DNA from: Minisyncoccota bacterium | Lineage (GTDB): Bacteria; Patescibacteriota; Minisyncoccia; UBA6257; 2-01-FULL-56-20 | NCBI GenBank assembly: GCA_025449695.1 | Contig: JANWIW010000027.1 | Span: forward strand, 283 to 64,282 | Direction of reading: 5' to 3' | Length of the DNA: 64,000 nt | Shown: positions 29,986-39,456 of the stretch, piece after piece | How positions within the stretch are numbered: position 1 is the first letter of the stretch | How the letters are laid out: each line of letters begins with the position of its first letter | The notes under the pieces: model-generated | Seen by the model: the letters and a program-made list of their open reading frames with translations, nothing else | Told to the model about the DNA's origin: nothing | Databases searched by the model: none | Made by a program: the position numbers and the translations under genes

Positions 29986-31191
29986 GTGCTATACTTAGAC
30001 CATACGATGGCTGTTTCTTCTCATAAGGCTCAGAAGATCTATATCGGCGGCTGGTTCCAGCGCACCACCCTCCACCTTTCGGAGGTGTACGATTTCCTGA
30101 AGAGAGGGGAGTCGCCCTTGCCGCTCGACAAGGATAAGCTGAGGACGCTCCACCTGCAGGCGGACATTGCCTCGGTCGCGATGCATCCCGGGAGCCTCGA
30201 TCACATCGGCGTGCGCACGAACGCAGGTATCGAGATCAAGATATACGAAGACGGCCTCGTCCTCTTCAGTAAGGAGAACCTGACCTCCCTCGACGAGGAC
30301 ATCCACGACCTCACGAGTTATTACGAGGAAAAGCTCTCCCCGGGCATAGGCTACATCTTCAGCCTGGGCGCGCCGGTCCCAAAGGAACTCGCTAATATCA
30401 AGACGGTCTATCCGTATTTCATCGTCCTCCATCGCGGCACCCGCAAGGACGTCCAGGCCATCCTGGAGCATTTCCGCGAGGAGGAATACCTGGAGATACG
30501 CAAAAAAGAGTTCGAAATCTACCGGGGCAACAACGTCTATATAGTGAACAACATCTCCGAGCAGATGCCCCAGGTGGAGCGCCTGATCGAGGAGCAGGTC
30601 TTCATGCGCGAGTTCAAAGGCCAGCTCCACCGCTATCTGAACCTCCACCGCATCATCTGGGAGCGCATCGCCGAGGTGAAGGAGAAGGGAGAGATCAAGG
30701 GCGGAGAAGTGGGCGCGTTCAAGGAAAAGGTGGAGAGCTACGCGAAGACCATCAACCTCATCGAGGCGCGCATCGGCCAGATGGGCACGTATCTGCATAC
30801 CCGGGAGAAGATCGCCAGAGAAAGCAAGGATTTCGCGCGCCTCCTTACGGTGCTGGATTTCAAGCACGAGACCTTGTCCGACACGCTGGACTACGTGAAG
30901 GGCATCTGGGGGATGACCAAGAACTATGTGACCTCCACCCTCGATCTCTTTTCGAGCATCCAGGCCAAGAGCACCGAGGCTTCCGTGAAGAACCTGACCA
31001 TCATCACTTCCATGGGCGTCGCGGCGACCCTCGTGAACTTCGCCCAGAAGGTGCCCCAGTTCAACGGGGGCGGCCTGGTCTACGTGGCGATACTCGCCGC
31101 GGTCGGCTACTCCACTGACCGCATCCTGAAGACGATCTACAAACGCCGGATGTACAAGATCAAGGACACGAAGCTCGCGAAAGACCTCTGA
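29986..31191 (+). CDS. CorA-like divalent-cation transporter family protein, divergent (GMN replaced by LVN)
   Basis: N-terminal globular domain, long coiled-coil, two C-terminal TM helices with LTIITSMGVAATLVNFAQKVPQF resembling CorA LTIIS..YGMNF..MPEL. The antisense ORF 29995-30867 is L/D/A-rich and artefactual. Confidence 0.45.
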   Translation: MLYLDHTMAVSSHKAQKIYIGGWFQRTTLHLSEVYDFLKRGESPLPLDKDKLRTLHLQADIASVAMHPGSLDHIGVRTNAGIEIKIYEDGLVLFSKENLTSLDEDIHDLTSYYEEKLSPGIGYIFSLGAPVPKELANIKTVYPYFIVLHRGTRKDVQAILEHFREEEYLEIRKKEFEIYRGNNVYIVNNISEQMPQVERLIEEQVFMREFKGQLHRYLNLHRIIWERIAEVKEKGEIKGGEVGAFKEKVESYAKTINLIEARIGQMGTYLHTREKIARESKDFARLLTVLDFKHETLSDTLDYVKGIWGMTKNYVTSTLDLFSSIQAKSTEASVKNLTIITSMGVAATLVNFAQKVPQFNGGGLVYVAILAAVGYSTDRILKTIYKRRMYKIKDTKLAKDL

Positions 31192-31226
31192 ATCGGGTTA
31201 TGAGCGCGGCGGGACGGGCCGGGCGC

Positions 31227-31562
31227 CTACAAGCTCATAAGCACCGCCCCAATTACGGCGAGAATAATGCCTGCGCCCTTTACGGCGGATAGGCTTTCTT
31301 TGAATATAAGGATGCCGGATAGGACGCCTAGAATGGAGTAAAAGACGACGTAGAGGGTTGTGTAGATGGTCAGCTCTCCCTTATACACGAAGATATAGAT
31401 GGCGAAGAGAATCTGGACAAAGTAGAGGGCGTAAACCACGAGCATCCATGGATCCCGAAGCGCGTCCATGATCGTGCCGGAACTGACCTTCTTAATGATC
31501 GAATCTCCGACAATAACGGTGAGCGCGGAGAGGAAGATGAGCGCCGTCCCGGCTAGGTTCAT
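31227..31562 (-). CDS. SMR-like 4-TM small transporter (DMT superfamily)
   Basis: Four hydrophobic helices in 111 aa; internal Met (MNLAG) preferred over the non-ATG track start at 31613. Confidence 0.5.
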   Translation of the reverse strand: MNLAGTALIFLSALTVIVGDSIIKKVSSGTIMDALRDPWMLVVYALYFVQILFAIYIFVYKGELTIYTTLYVVFYSILGVLSGILIFKESLSAVKGAGIILAVIGAVLMSL

Positions 31563-31712
31563 GCCGTGATTATTCCATGAGCAGCAGAGAGTCACAATGC
31601 GTTCTATTGACAACTTCCTGCACGATGGTTTAATTTGGCCAGTCCACTAAACCCAACTGGATACGGTATCCGTGCTGCCCACGGACCTGAATCAGAGTAC
31701 TGACAGGAGTGT

Positions 31713-32267
31713 GTGATGACATCGGTTTGCAGAGAAGTGTTGCTTCAGAACGGCCAAGAGGCCCGCATCGTTATCCCCGAGAAAACACTCCGGCGACTGG
31801 ACACTACGTGTTTCCGCGGAGCGCACCTCGAGCTGGCGGGCAACTTCCACCGCTGGGAGTGGGCGGATGACTTCATGGACGATAAGTCCATCCTCGACCA
31901 GCTCACTATCCAGATCTCGGAGGCCTTGATCGCGGGCGATATTGGCACCAACAGCGTCACGCTCGCATACGGATCGGCCGTCGGCTGGGCAAGCACTTCT
32001 CCTCTGGCCGGGTTTCGTCCGGAGGATTTGGAAGCGTTCCAGCCGAACCGCAGGAGCACCGCGCTCCGCGTTCGTCCTGACCGTGTTCACCTGCGCGCTC
32101 CCCAGACCTCCGAGCTCACCGTGATCTTCGAGTTGAGGCTCGAAGAAGAGCGTCCCGTCGGCGTCGTCCACTCCATCTACCCCGGTCAAGACATCGGGGA
32201 ACTGAATGGTGACGTCAGCGCGAGGGAAGAGATCGCGTTCTTCGACTGGAAGCATCCCGGCGTCTAG
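31713..32267 (+). CDS. hypothetical protein, 184 aa
   Basis: High GC3 in the plus frame; the overlapping minus ORF is antisense-like. Confidence 0.5.
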   Translation: MMTSVCREVLLQNGQEARIVIPEKTLRRLDTTCFRGAHLELAGNFHRWEWADDFMDDKSILDQLTIQISEALIAGDIGTNSVTLAYGSAVGWASTSPLAGFRPEDLEAFQPNRRSTALRVRPDRVHLRAPQTSELTVIFELRLEEERPVGVVHSIYPGQDIGELNGDVSAREEIAFFDWKHPGV

Positions 32268-32362
32268 TCATCGATCGAGGGAGAGGGTCTCACCACCCTC
32301 TCCGCTCAACCCAAGCCCATGAACAATGGATTTAGGTTGGGGGCGTGGTATAAAGTAGGCAT

Positions 32363-34150
32363 ATGGGTCCGGAGACCCCTTCGACGGCTTCAATAAGTTC
32401 ACCGCAAGCAAGCTCAGGGCAAGACCGGGTATGCGCGAACTGCAAGGAACGGTTCACACTTGATCCGGATGATTTTTCTTTTTATCAAAAAATAGAGGTC
32501 CCGGCGCCTAGGTTCTGTCCCGCCTGCCGCAATCAGCGCCGGAGAGCATGGCGGAACGACATCTCTTTCTATAAAAGACAGTGCGATCTTTGCAAGAAGA
32601 ACATTGTCTCCCTCTACTCGCCGGACAAGACCCTTACCGTCTATTGCCAGAAATGCTGGTGGTCGGACGCTTGGGACCCGAAAGCTTACGGGCGAGATTT
32701 CGATTTCTCGCGGCCGTTTTTCGAGCAGTACCGCGAGCTTCAGAACGTGGTGCCCCTGATCGCGCTCATGAACGACGATGGGATAGGGAGCATCAACTGC
32801 GAATACACGCAGAACGTATCCTCGGCAAAGAACTGCTACATGGTGTCCTCTTCCTGGAAGAACGAGGAGTGCGCGTACGACATGCAAATATCCGGTCCGG
32901 AGCTTCGCGAGGTGTTCGATTCCCTGGATATCTTCCAGAAGTGCGAGATGGTGTACGACAGCATCTTTCTGGAGAGCTGTTACCGCGTACGAAACTGCTA
33001 CCGATCGTTCGCGCTCGTTGATTGCGCGTTTTGCCTGGAGTGCCGGGATTGCCAGGACTGCTTCATGTGCGTAGGGCTTCGCCGCAAGCGCTACTGTTTC
33101 AAGAACAAGCAGTATACGAAAGAGGAGTACGAGAAGATACTGGCGGAGTACAGGTTAGATACTTGGGACGGCAGGGAGCGCGCCCGGAAAGAATTCCAGG
33201 AGTTCATCCTGGAATATCCCCGCGAGTTCGCTATCCTCCGGAACTGCGTGAACTGTACGGGCGATCAGATGTTCAACTGCAAGAATATGAAGTATTCCTT
33301 CAATGTGCGGGGAAGCGAGGATACGGCATATTTCGAGAACGGTAATATCATCAAGACAGGATACGACATGGCGACAGGCGGCGAGAACGAAGAATGCTAC
33401 GAGGGCATCACTCCCGACAACGACTATCGGGCATTATTCACCATCTTCTCCTGGAAGAACTCGCATGCTGAGTATTGCGAGAATTGCCACTCTGGACAGA
33501 ATCTTTTCGGATGCTCCAGCCTGCGCGGCGCAAAGTACTGCATCTTGAACAAGGAATACACCAAAGAGGATTATCACGAGCTCCGCATCAGAATCGTCGA
33601 GCATATGAAGAAGACCGGGGAATATGGAGAGTTCTTCCCGGCGAAGCTCTCCCATTTTTGTTATAACGAGACCACTGCCCAGATGTATTTCCCGATCACC
33701 AAAGAAGAAGCACTGGCCAAAGGATATCGCTGGCAGGATAGCTTCCAGTTCACGACCGGCAAAGAGACGATCAAGGTAGAAGCTCTGCCCCAGACCATCG
33801 CGGAGGTGGGTGATGGCATTATGAAAGAGGTGCTTGCTTGTACTAACTGCAAACGTAATTACATCATCGTCCATCAGGAGCTCCAATTCTATCGGCGAAT
33901 GAACCTGCCTTTGCCGCGCCAATGTTTCTACTGCCGCAATGACGAGCGAATGCGTCTTCGGAACCCGTTCCGCCTTTGGCAGAGGCAGTGTGACTGCAAG
34001 GGCGCAGGATCGACTAACGGCATATATGCGAACGGAGAACCCCACTTCCACGGGGAAAAGGCATGTCCCAACACGTTCCAAACCCCCTATGCTCCCGAGC
34101 GCCCGGAGATAGTGTATTGTGAAGAATGCTATCAAGCCGAAGTCGTATGA
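32363..34150 (+). CDS. cysteine-rich multi-zinc-ribbon protein, paralog 1 of 4 (unknown function)
   Basis: 595 aa, about 8% Cys. N-terminal CxxC-x14-FYxK-x3-PxPxxCPxCRxQRR ribbon repeated near the C-terminus; central CxxCxDCxxC clusters each followed by YC(I/F)xNK(Q/E)YTKE(E/D)Y; conserved C-terminus PEIVYCExCYQAEVV. Confidence 0.7.
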   Translation: MGPETPSTASISSPQASSGQDRVCANCKERFTLDPDDFSFYQKIEVPAPRFCPACRNQRRRAWRNDISFYKRQCDLCKKNIVSLYSPDKTLTVYCQKCWWSDAWDPKAYGRDFDFSRPFFEQYRELQNVVPLIALMNDDGIGSINCEYTQNVSSAKNCYMVSSSWKNEECAYDMQISGPELREVFDSLDIFQKCEMVYDSIFLESCYRVRNCYRSFALVDCAFCLECRDCQDCFMCVGLRRKRYCFKNKQYTKEEYEKILAEYRLDTWDGRERARKEFQEFILEYPREFAILRNCVNCTGDQMFNCKNMKYSFNVRGSEDTAYFENGNIIKTGYDMATGGENEECYEGITPDNDYRALFTIFSWKNSHAEYCENCHSGQNLFGCSSLRGAKYCILNKEYTKEDYHELRIRIVEHMKKTGEYGEFFPAKLSHFCYNETTAQMYFPITKEEALAKGYRWQDSFQFTTGKETIKVEALPQTIAEVGDGIMKEVLACTNCKRNYIIVHQELQFYRRMNLPLPRQCFYCRNDERMRLRNPFRLWQRQCDCKGAGSTNGIYANGEPHFHGEKACPNTFQTPYAPERPEIVYCEECYQAEVV

Positions 34151-35901
34151 CCGAAACGCGCACTTGCGGTCATTGCCGGAGATCCTTTGTCGTGGAGGCG
34201 GACGATTTCTCGTTCTACGAAAAACTCAACGTGCCGCCTCCGACCTTCTGTCCGGATTGTCGCAAGCAGCGGCGGTTGGCATGGCGCAATGATAGTACGC
34301 TTTACTCAAGAGCTTGCGGTCTTTGCGATAAGAACACGATATCCATCTACGCGCCAAACGGCCCCATGCAGATCGTCTATTGCCAGAAGTGCTGGTGGTC
34401 CGACAAATGGGACCCCAAAGAGTACGGCGCAGAATACGATTTCTCCAAAACTTTCTTCGAGCAGTTTGCGGAACTTCAGCGGCGCGTTCCCGCACTCGCG
34501 ATGACCAATGACGACGGCATTAGCAGTGTCAATTCTGAATATACCCAGGATTTTGCGCGAGCAAAGAACTGCTACATGTGTTTCATCGGCTGGAAGGTGG
34601 AGGACTGCCTGTACGATTTCTACATCATAGGAGGTAAAGAGATAGTAGACGCGATCAACAGCATGGGGGAATGCGAGTACACTTATGAAACCGTCTATAC
34701 GGAGAAGTGCTATCAGAGCAGATATATCTACTCCTCGGTTTCCGTCTCCGACAGCGCTTTTTGTTATGATTGCAGGGACTGCACGGATTGTTTTATGTGC
34801 GTCGGTTTGCGGCACAAGCGGTATTGTTTCAAGAACAAGCAATACACCAAAGAAGAATACGAGAAAATACTTGCCGATTATCGCTTGGACACATACACCG
34901 GCGTGGAGCGTGCGAAGAAGGAGTTCGCGGACGTATTTTTCAGCAAGCCCAGGCGGTTCGCCATGCTCCGTAACTGCTTCAACTGCACTGGTGATGCGCT
35001 GATCAACGGCAAGAACTCAAAATACTGCTTTAACGTGCAGCGCCCCGAAGAAACCCGGTGGGTGGAGAATGGCGATACGCCGAAAGACAGCTACGATTTG
35101 AGCGTGGGAGGCGAGTTGCAGCAATGTTATGAAGGAATCACTCCGGACCATTCGTACCAAAGCCGCTTTGCCATATTTTCCTGGAGGAATACAGATGTTT
35201 CTTATGTCGACGGCTGTCATGCATCCGAACATCTTTTTGGATGTGCGGGCCTTAAGAAGGGACAGTACTGCATTTTCAACAGGCAATATCCGAAAGAGGA
35301 ATACGAGTCATTGGTAAAAAAGATAAAAGCGCAGATGGATGGTATGCCCTACGCCGACCGGCAAGGCATAAGCTACAAGTTTGGGGAGTTCTTCCCTGCG
35401 GAACTCTCCTATTTCCGATACAACGAGACCGTTGCACAGGAATCCTTCCCTCTTACCAAGGAGAAGGCCTCTGCGGAGGGATTGGATTGGCAGGAGCAAT
35501 TCCAGGTCACGATCGGGAAGGAGACGATCGATATCGCTAAGGTCCCCGATGCGATCGCCGACGTACCCGACTCCATAGTGGACGAGGTGCTTGCATGCGC
35601 AGGATGCGCGAGAAATTATCGCATAGTGCCTGCCGAGCTCAAGTTCTATCGCAGGATGAGGATCCCCCTTCCCCGGCGTTGTTTTTACTGTCGTCAGGCA
35701 GACCGGCTGAAATTCAAGAACCCCCATAAACTGTGGCACAGGCAGTGCCAATGCGCAGGAGAAAAGGAAAGCGGTTTCAAGAACACAGCAGCTCATTTCC
35801 ATGGCAAGAATTCTTGCCCCAATGAATTCGAAACCCCTTATGCTCCCGAGAGCCCCGAGATAGTGTATTGTGAACAGTGTTACCAAGCCGAAGTCGTATG
35901 A
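34147..35901 (+). CDS. cysteine-rich multi-zinc-ribbon protein, paralog 2
   Basis: Start MTETRTCGHC overlaps the paralog-1 stop (ATGA); same architecture. Confidence 0.7.
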   Translation: MTETRTCGHCRRSFVVEADDFSFYEKLNVPPPTFCPDCRKQRRLAWRNDSTLYSRACGLCDKNTISIYAPNGPMQIVYCQKCWWSDKWDPKEYGAEYDFSKTFFEQFAELQRRVPALAMTNDDGISSVNSEYTQDFARAKNCYMCFIGWKVEDCLYDFYIIGGKEIVDAINSMGECEYTYETVYTEKCYQSRYIYSSVSVSDSAFCYDCRDCTDCFMCVGLRHKRYCFKNKQYTKEEYEKILADYRLDTYTGVERAKKEFADVFFSKPRRFAMLRNCFNCTGDALINGKNSKYCFNVQRPEETRWVENGDTPKDSYDLSVGGELQQCYEGITPDHSYQSRFAIFSWRNTDVSYVDGCHASEHLFGCAGLKKGQYCIFNRQYPKEEYESLVKKIKAQMDGMPYADRQGISYKFGEFFPAELSYFRYNETVAQESFPLTKEKASAEGLDWQEQFQVTIGKETIDIAKVPDAIADVPDSIVDEVLACAGCARNYRIVPAELKFYRRMRIPLPRRCFYCRQADRLKFKNPHKLWHRQCQCAGEKESGFKNTAAHFHGKNSCPNEFETPYAPESPEIVYCEQCYQAEVV

Positions 35902-37580
35902 CCGAAACGCGCACTTGCCAGAACTGCAGCCAAGGGTTCTCCATAGAGGACGAGGACTTCAATTTCTACAAGAAGATAGAAGTGCCGCCGCCGACTCTCT
36001 GCCCCGACTGCCGCCAACAGCGTCGTATGGCTCATCGAGACAAAAACTATTTTCTAAGAAACTGCGACAAGTGCGGCAAAAGCTCCATTTCCATTTGGCA
36101 CCCCGACATTAAAGGCTATCTTTTTTATTGCAACGATTGCTGGTGGAAGGATGATTGGGATGCCTTCGAGTACGGGCGGGATTTCGACTTCTCTCGTCCG
36201 TTCTTCGAGCAATTCAACGAGCTGTACAAAGCCGTGCCGAAGCATATCTCGAACGCGATGCTTAATATGAAAAACTCCGACTACTGCATCAATGCCTCGC
36301 GGAGCAAAGACTGTTATATGGCTGACGAGATAGACGAATCAGAGCGTTGCGCCTACGGATACTGCGTCCAGAACTGCAAAGACTGCACAGATTGCCTCTA
36401 TGTCAACGAATGCGAGATAGGCTATGAGCTGGTGAAGTGCGATAACAACTATAAGGTTTTCTATGCCTACGATTCACACGCTTGTAATAACTCCGCGTTC
36501 CTGGCTCATTGTCGGGGCGTTTCAAATTCGCTGTTTTGCACCAATAAATACAACGTCACGAATTACTTGTTCAATGAACCCTCCACCGCAGAGGAAGTGA
36601 AGAAGGCCTGGGACGAAATCTTCTGTGGCAAAAACGGCAAACTCCAGGAGGCGCTCGCCAAGTACCAGGAGATCCTCAAGTCCTCCATCTCTCGTCCGCT
36701 TATCGGTACGAACGTCAAGAACTCATCGGGCAATTTTCTGGTTAACGTCCAGAATTGCAAAGACTGTTATTCGATAGACAACAGTATCAACTGTAAATAC
36801 TGCACGGACATCCATCATTCCAAAGACAGCATGGACGTGCATATTTACATCAGCGAACTGAGCTATGAGAGCCTTCACGCCTGGGGTTATAAACAGCTAT
36901 TCTCGCATCTCCTTTGGAACTGCTCCGATGCTACCTACGCCGACGAATGCCATAACAGCCAAGACCTCTTCGCCTGTTGCGGCCTCAAGAAAAAACAGTT
37001 CTGTATCCTCAACAAGCCTTATAGCAAGGAAGAATATCTGGAGTTGAAAGAAAAGATCATTGCCCACATGAAGCAGACCGGCGAGTACGGCGAATACTTT
37101 CCGGTTTCCATGTCGCCGCACGGCTACAACCACACCTTCGCGCAAGAGTTCTATCCGATGACCGAAGGAGAAGTAAAACAGCGCGGCTGGCAATGGCTTC
37201 CTGAAATCAACATCAGGGACAAGTACAAAGACAAAGTGATCACCCAGCTTCCTGATGATATCGCGGAAACCACACCCGCAATCTGTAATGAGATATTCGA
37301 GTGCGAAGCGAGTGGCAGGTTCTATCGGATAATTCCCGATGAGTACCAGTTTTATAAGAAGCACGGCTTGCCCCTGCCGCGTTTGTCGTCTCAAGAGCGC
37401 GACCATCTGCGTTGGGAGAAAACGAAGCCACGCCATCTATGGGACAGGGAATGTGCCTGTGCGAAGCAGTCCCACTTCCACGGGGCCAGCTCTTGCTCCA
37501 ATGCATTTAGGACCACACATGCTCCCGAGAGCCCCGAGATAGTGTATTGTGAGCAGTGTTACCAAGCTGAAGTCGTATGA
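35898..37580 (+). CDS. cysteine-rich multi-zinc-ribbon protein, paralog 3
   Basis: Start MTETRTCQNC overlaps the paralog-2 stop (ATGA); same architecture, more diverged middle. Confidence 0.7.
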   Translation: MTETRTCQNCSQGFSIEDEDFNFYKKIEVPPPTLCPDCRQQRRMAHRDKNYFLRNCDKCGKSSISIWHPDIKGYLFYCNDCWWKDDWDAFEYGRDFDFSRPFFEQFNELYKAVPKHISNAMLNMKNSDYCINASRSKDCYMADEIDESERCAYGYCVQNCKDCTDCLYVNECEIGYELVKCDNNYKVFYAYDSHACNNSAFLAHCRGVSNSLFCTNKYNVTNYLFNEPSTAEEVKKAWDEIFCGKNGKLQEALAKYQEILKSSISRPLIGTNVKNSSGNFLVNVQNCKDCYSIDNSINCKYCTDIHHSKDSMDVHIYISELSYESLHAWGYKQLFSHLLWNCSDATYADECHNSQDLFACCGLKKKQFCILNKPYSKEEYLELKEKIIAHMKQTGEYGEYFPVSMSPHGYNHTFAQEFYPMTEGEVKQRGWQWLPEINIRDKYKDKVITQLPDDIAETTPAICNEIFECEASGRFYRIIPDEYQFYKKHGLPLPRLSSQERDHLRWEKTKPRHLWDRECACAKQSHFHGASSCSNAFRTTHAPESPEIVYCEQCYQAEVV

Positions 37581-39286
37581 GCAACGAAACCAAAACCTGC
37601 CAAAACTGCAAGAAGGAGTTCGTTATCGAACCGGACAACGCCGCGTTCTGCGCGCACATGCAGGTGCCGCTCCCGACCTGGTGCCCGCCCTGCCGCCGCT
37701 TGCGGCGCATGGGCTGGACCGGCTACAGGATCCTCTATAAAAGGAAATGCGCCTACTCGGGGGAGGATATCATCACCTTCTACCATCCCAACGCTCCGTA
37801 TGTGATCTACAAGCAGGACATATGGTGGAGCGACAAGTGGGACCCCAAGAGCTACGGACGGGACTACGATTTCTCCAAGCCGTTCTTCCAGCAGTTCGAC
37901 GAGCTTCTGCGGTCGGTGCCCCTGCCCTCGCTCCATACGGAGTACACGACTCTCGTGAACAGCGACTACTGCAATGCCGTAGGGGGCCTGAAGAACTGCT
38001 ATCTGGTCTTCCAGTCCGGGGACGGGGCCTCGCATATAGGCCACGAGAATACGGCATACATGCACATGGTGGACGACACGAAGGACAGCATGGACATGTC
38101 CTTCTCCTCGAACTGCGAGCTTTGCTACGAGTGCGTGCGCTGCTTTGGATGCTTCCGGGCGCGCTGGTCCGCGAACTGCGACGAATGCCATAACGTCGCG
38201 TTTTGCCAGAGCTGCATTGGCTGTTCCGACTGCGTCGGCTGCGTGAATTTAAAGAACAAGTCGTATTGCATCTTCAACGAGCAGTATTCCAAGGAAGAGT
38301 ACGAGCGCAAGCTGAAGGAGCTCGATCTGGGATCCCGCGAAGGATTGGACAGGTTCGCGGTGGAATTCGCCAAGTTCGCGGAAAAGATGCCCCATCGCAT
38401 GTTCTACGGCCGGCACAACACTTCTACTTCCGGCGACTACATCTCCAATTCCAAGAACGTCCACGATTCCTACATCGTCCATGGCGCAGAGAACGTGCGC
38501 TACGGGCAGCTGCTGAGCGCGCCCGCGGCCAACGCCTACGACTACACGCTCTTCGGCACGTTTGCGGAGTGGATCTACGAATGCGCGTGGAATGGCTTGA
38601 GCAGCAACACGCTCAAGTTCTGCTTCTGGAACTACCACGCCCATCATCTTGATTACTCCCTCGGCTGCCACGGGTCGGAGAACCTGTTCGGCTGCGTGGG
38701 GGTTCGCAAGGGCTCCTATTGCATCTTGAACAAGCAATATTCCAGGGAGGAGTATCAGGAACTCGTCGCGGATATAAAACAGCAGATGGCGGAAATGCCC
38801 TACGTGGACCGCCTGGGCCGGAACTACTCGTACGGGGAGTTCTTCCCGCCGGAGATATCGCCCTGGACCTTCAACGAGTCTATGGCGTCCCTGGGCTTCC
38901 TCCCTTTGTCCCGCGAGGAAGCCCTGGCGCAGGGGTTTAACTGGCGCGAGGATGATGGCCGCCAGTATCGGGAGCCGACCGCGCCGGTACCGGCAAGTAT
39001 CAAGGATGTTCCCGAAGATTTCTCCAAGGAGATACTGAAGTGCGAGTATTGCGGTAAGAACTACCAGATCATCCCCATGGAATTGGATTTCTATCGCCAG
39101 TGGGACGTTCCCATCCCTTTGCGCTGCCCCTTGTGCAGGGAGAAAGACAGGGTCGCCAGCCTGAACCCCATGGCCATCTACGACCGGGAGTGCATGAAGT
39201 GCGGCAAGTCCATTCAAACCTCCTACGCGCCAGAAAGGAAAGAGATTGTATATTGCGAGACCTGCTATCAAAACGAAGTTGCATAG
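37577..39286 (+). CDS. cysteine-rich multi-zinc-ribbon protein, paralog 4
   Basis: Start MSNETKTCQNC overlaps the paralog-3 stop (ATGA); CIGCSDCVGCVNLKNKSYCIFNEQYSKEEYE; C-terminus IVYCETCYQNEVA. Confidence 0.7.
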   Translation: MSNETKTCQNCKKEFVIEPDNAAFCAHMQVPLPTWCPPCRRLRRMGWTGYRILYKRKCAYSGEDIITFYHPNAPYVIYKQDIWWSDKWDPKSYGRDYDFSKPFFQQFDELLRSVPLPSLHTEYTTLVNSDYCNAVGGLKNCYLVFQSGDGASHIGHENTAYMHMVDDTKDSMDMSFSSNCELCYECVRCFGCFRARWSANCDECHNVAFCQSCIGCSDCVGCVNLKNKSYCIFNEQYSKEEYERKLKELDLGSREGLDRFAVEFAKFAEKMPHRMFYGRHNTSTSGDYISNSKNVHDSYIVHGAENVRYGQLLSAPAANAYDYTLFGTFAEWIYECAWNGLSSNTLKFCFWNYHAHHLDYSLGCHGSENLFGCVGVRKGSYCILNKQYSREEYQELVADIKQQMAEMPYVDRLGRNYSYGEFFPPEISPWTFNESMASLGFLPLSREEALAQGFNWREDDGRQYREPTAPVPASIKDVPEDFSKEILKCEYCGKNYQIIPMELDFYRQWDVPIPLRCPLCREKDRVASLNPMAIYDRECMKCGKSIQTSYAPERKEIVYCETCYQNEVA

Positions 39287-39456
39287 GGTTGGTGTTACCG
39301 CGTCCTTCCGAAGCCTTGCAGCGTCCACCCGAAGCCTGGCGAAGGAGGAGCGAAGGAGGGTCAGGCGGAAGTCGCATAGCGCTTGCCATCCGGAGTGGCG
39401 CGCCGTATCCTGACGCGGTGAAAGAAAACTTCTGGTTGTATTTGAAGAGACCTATC

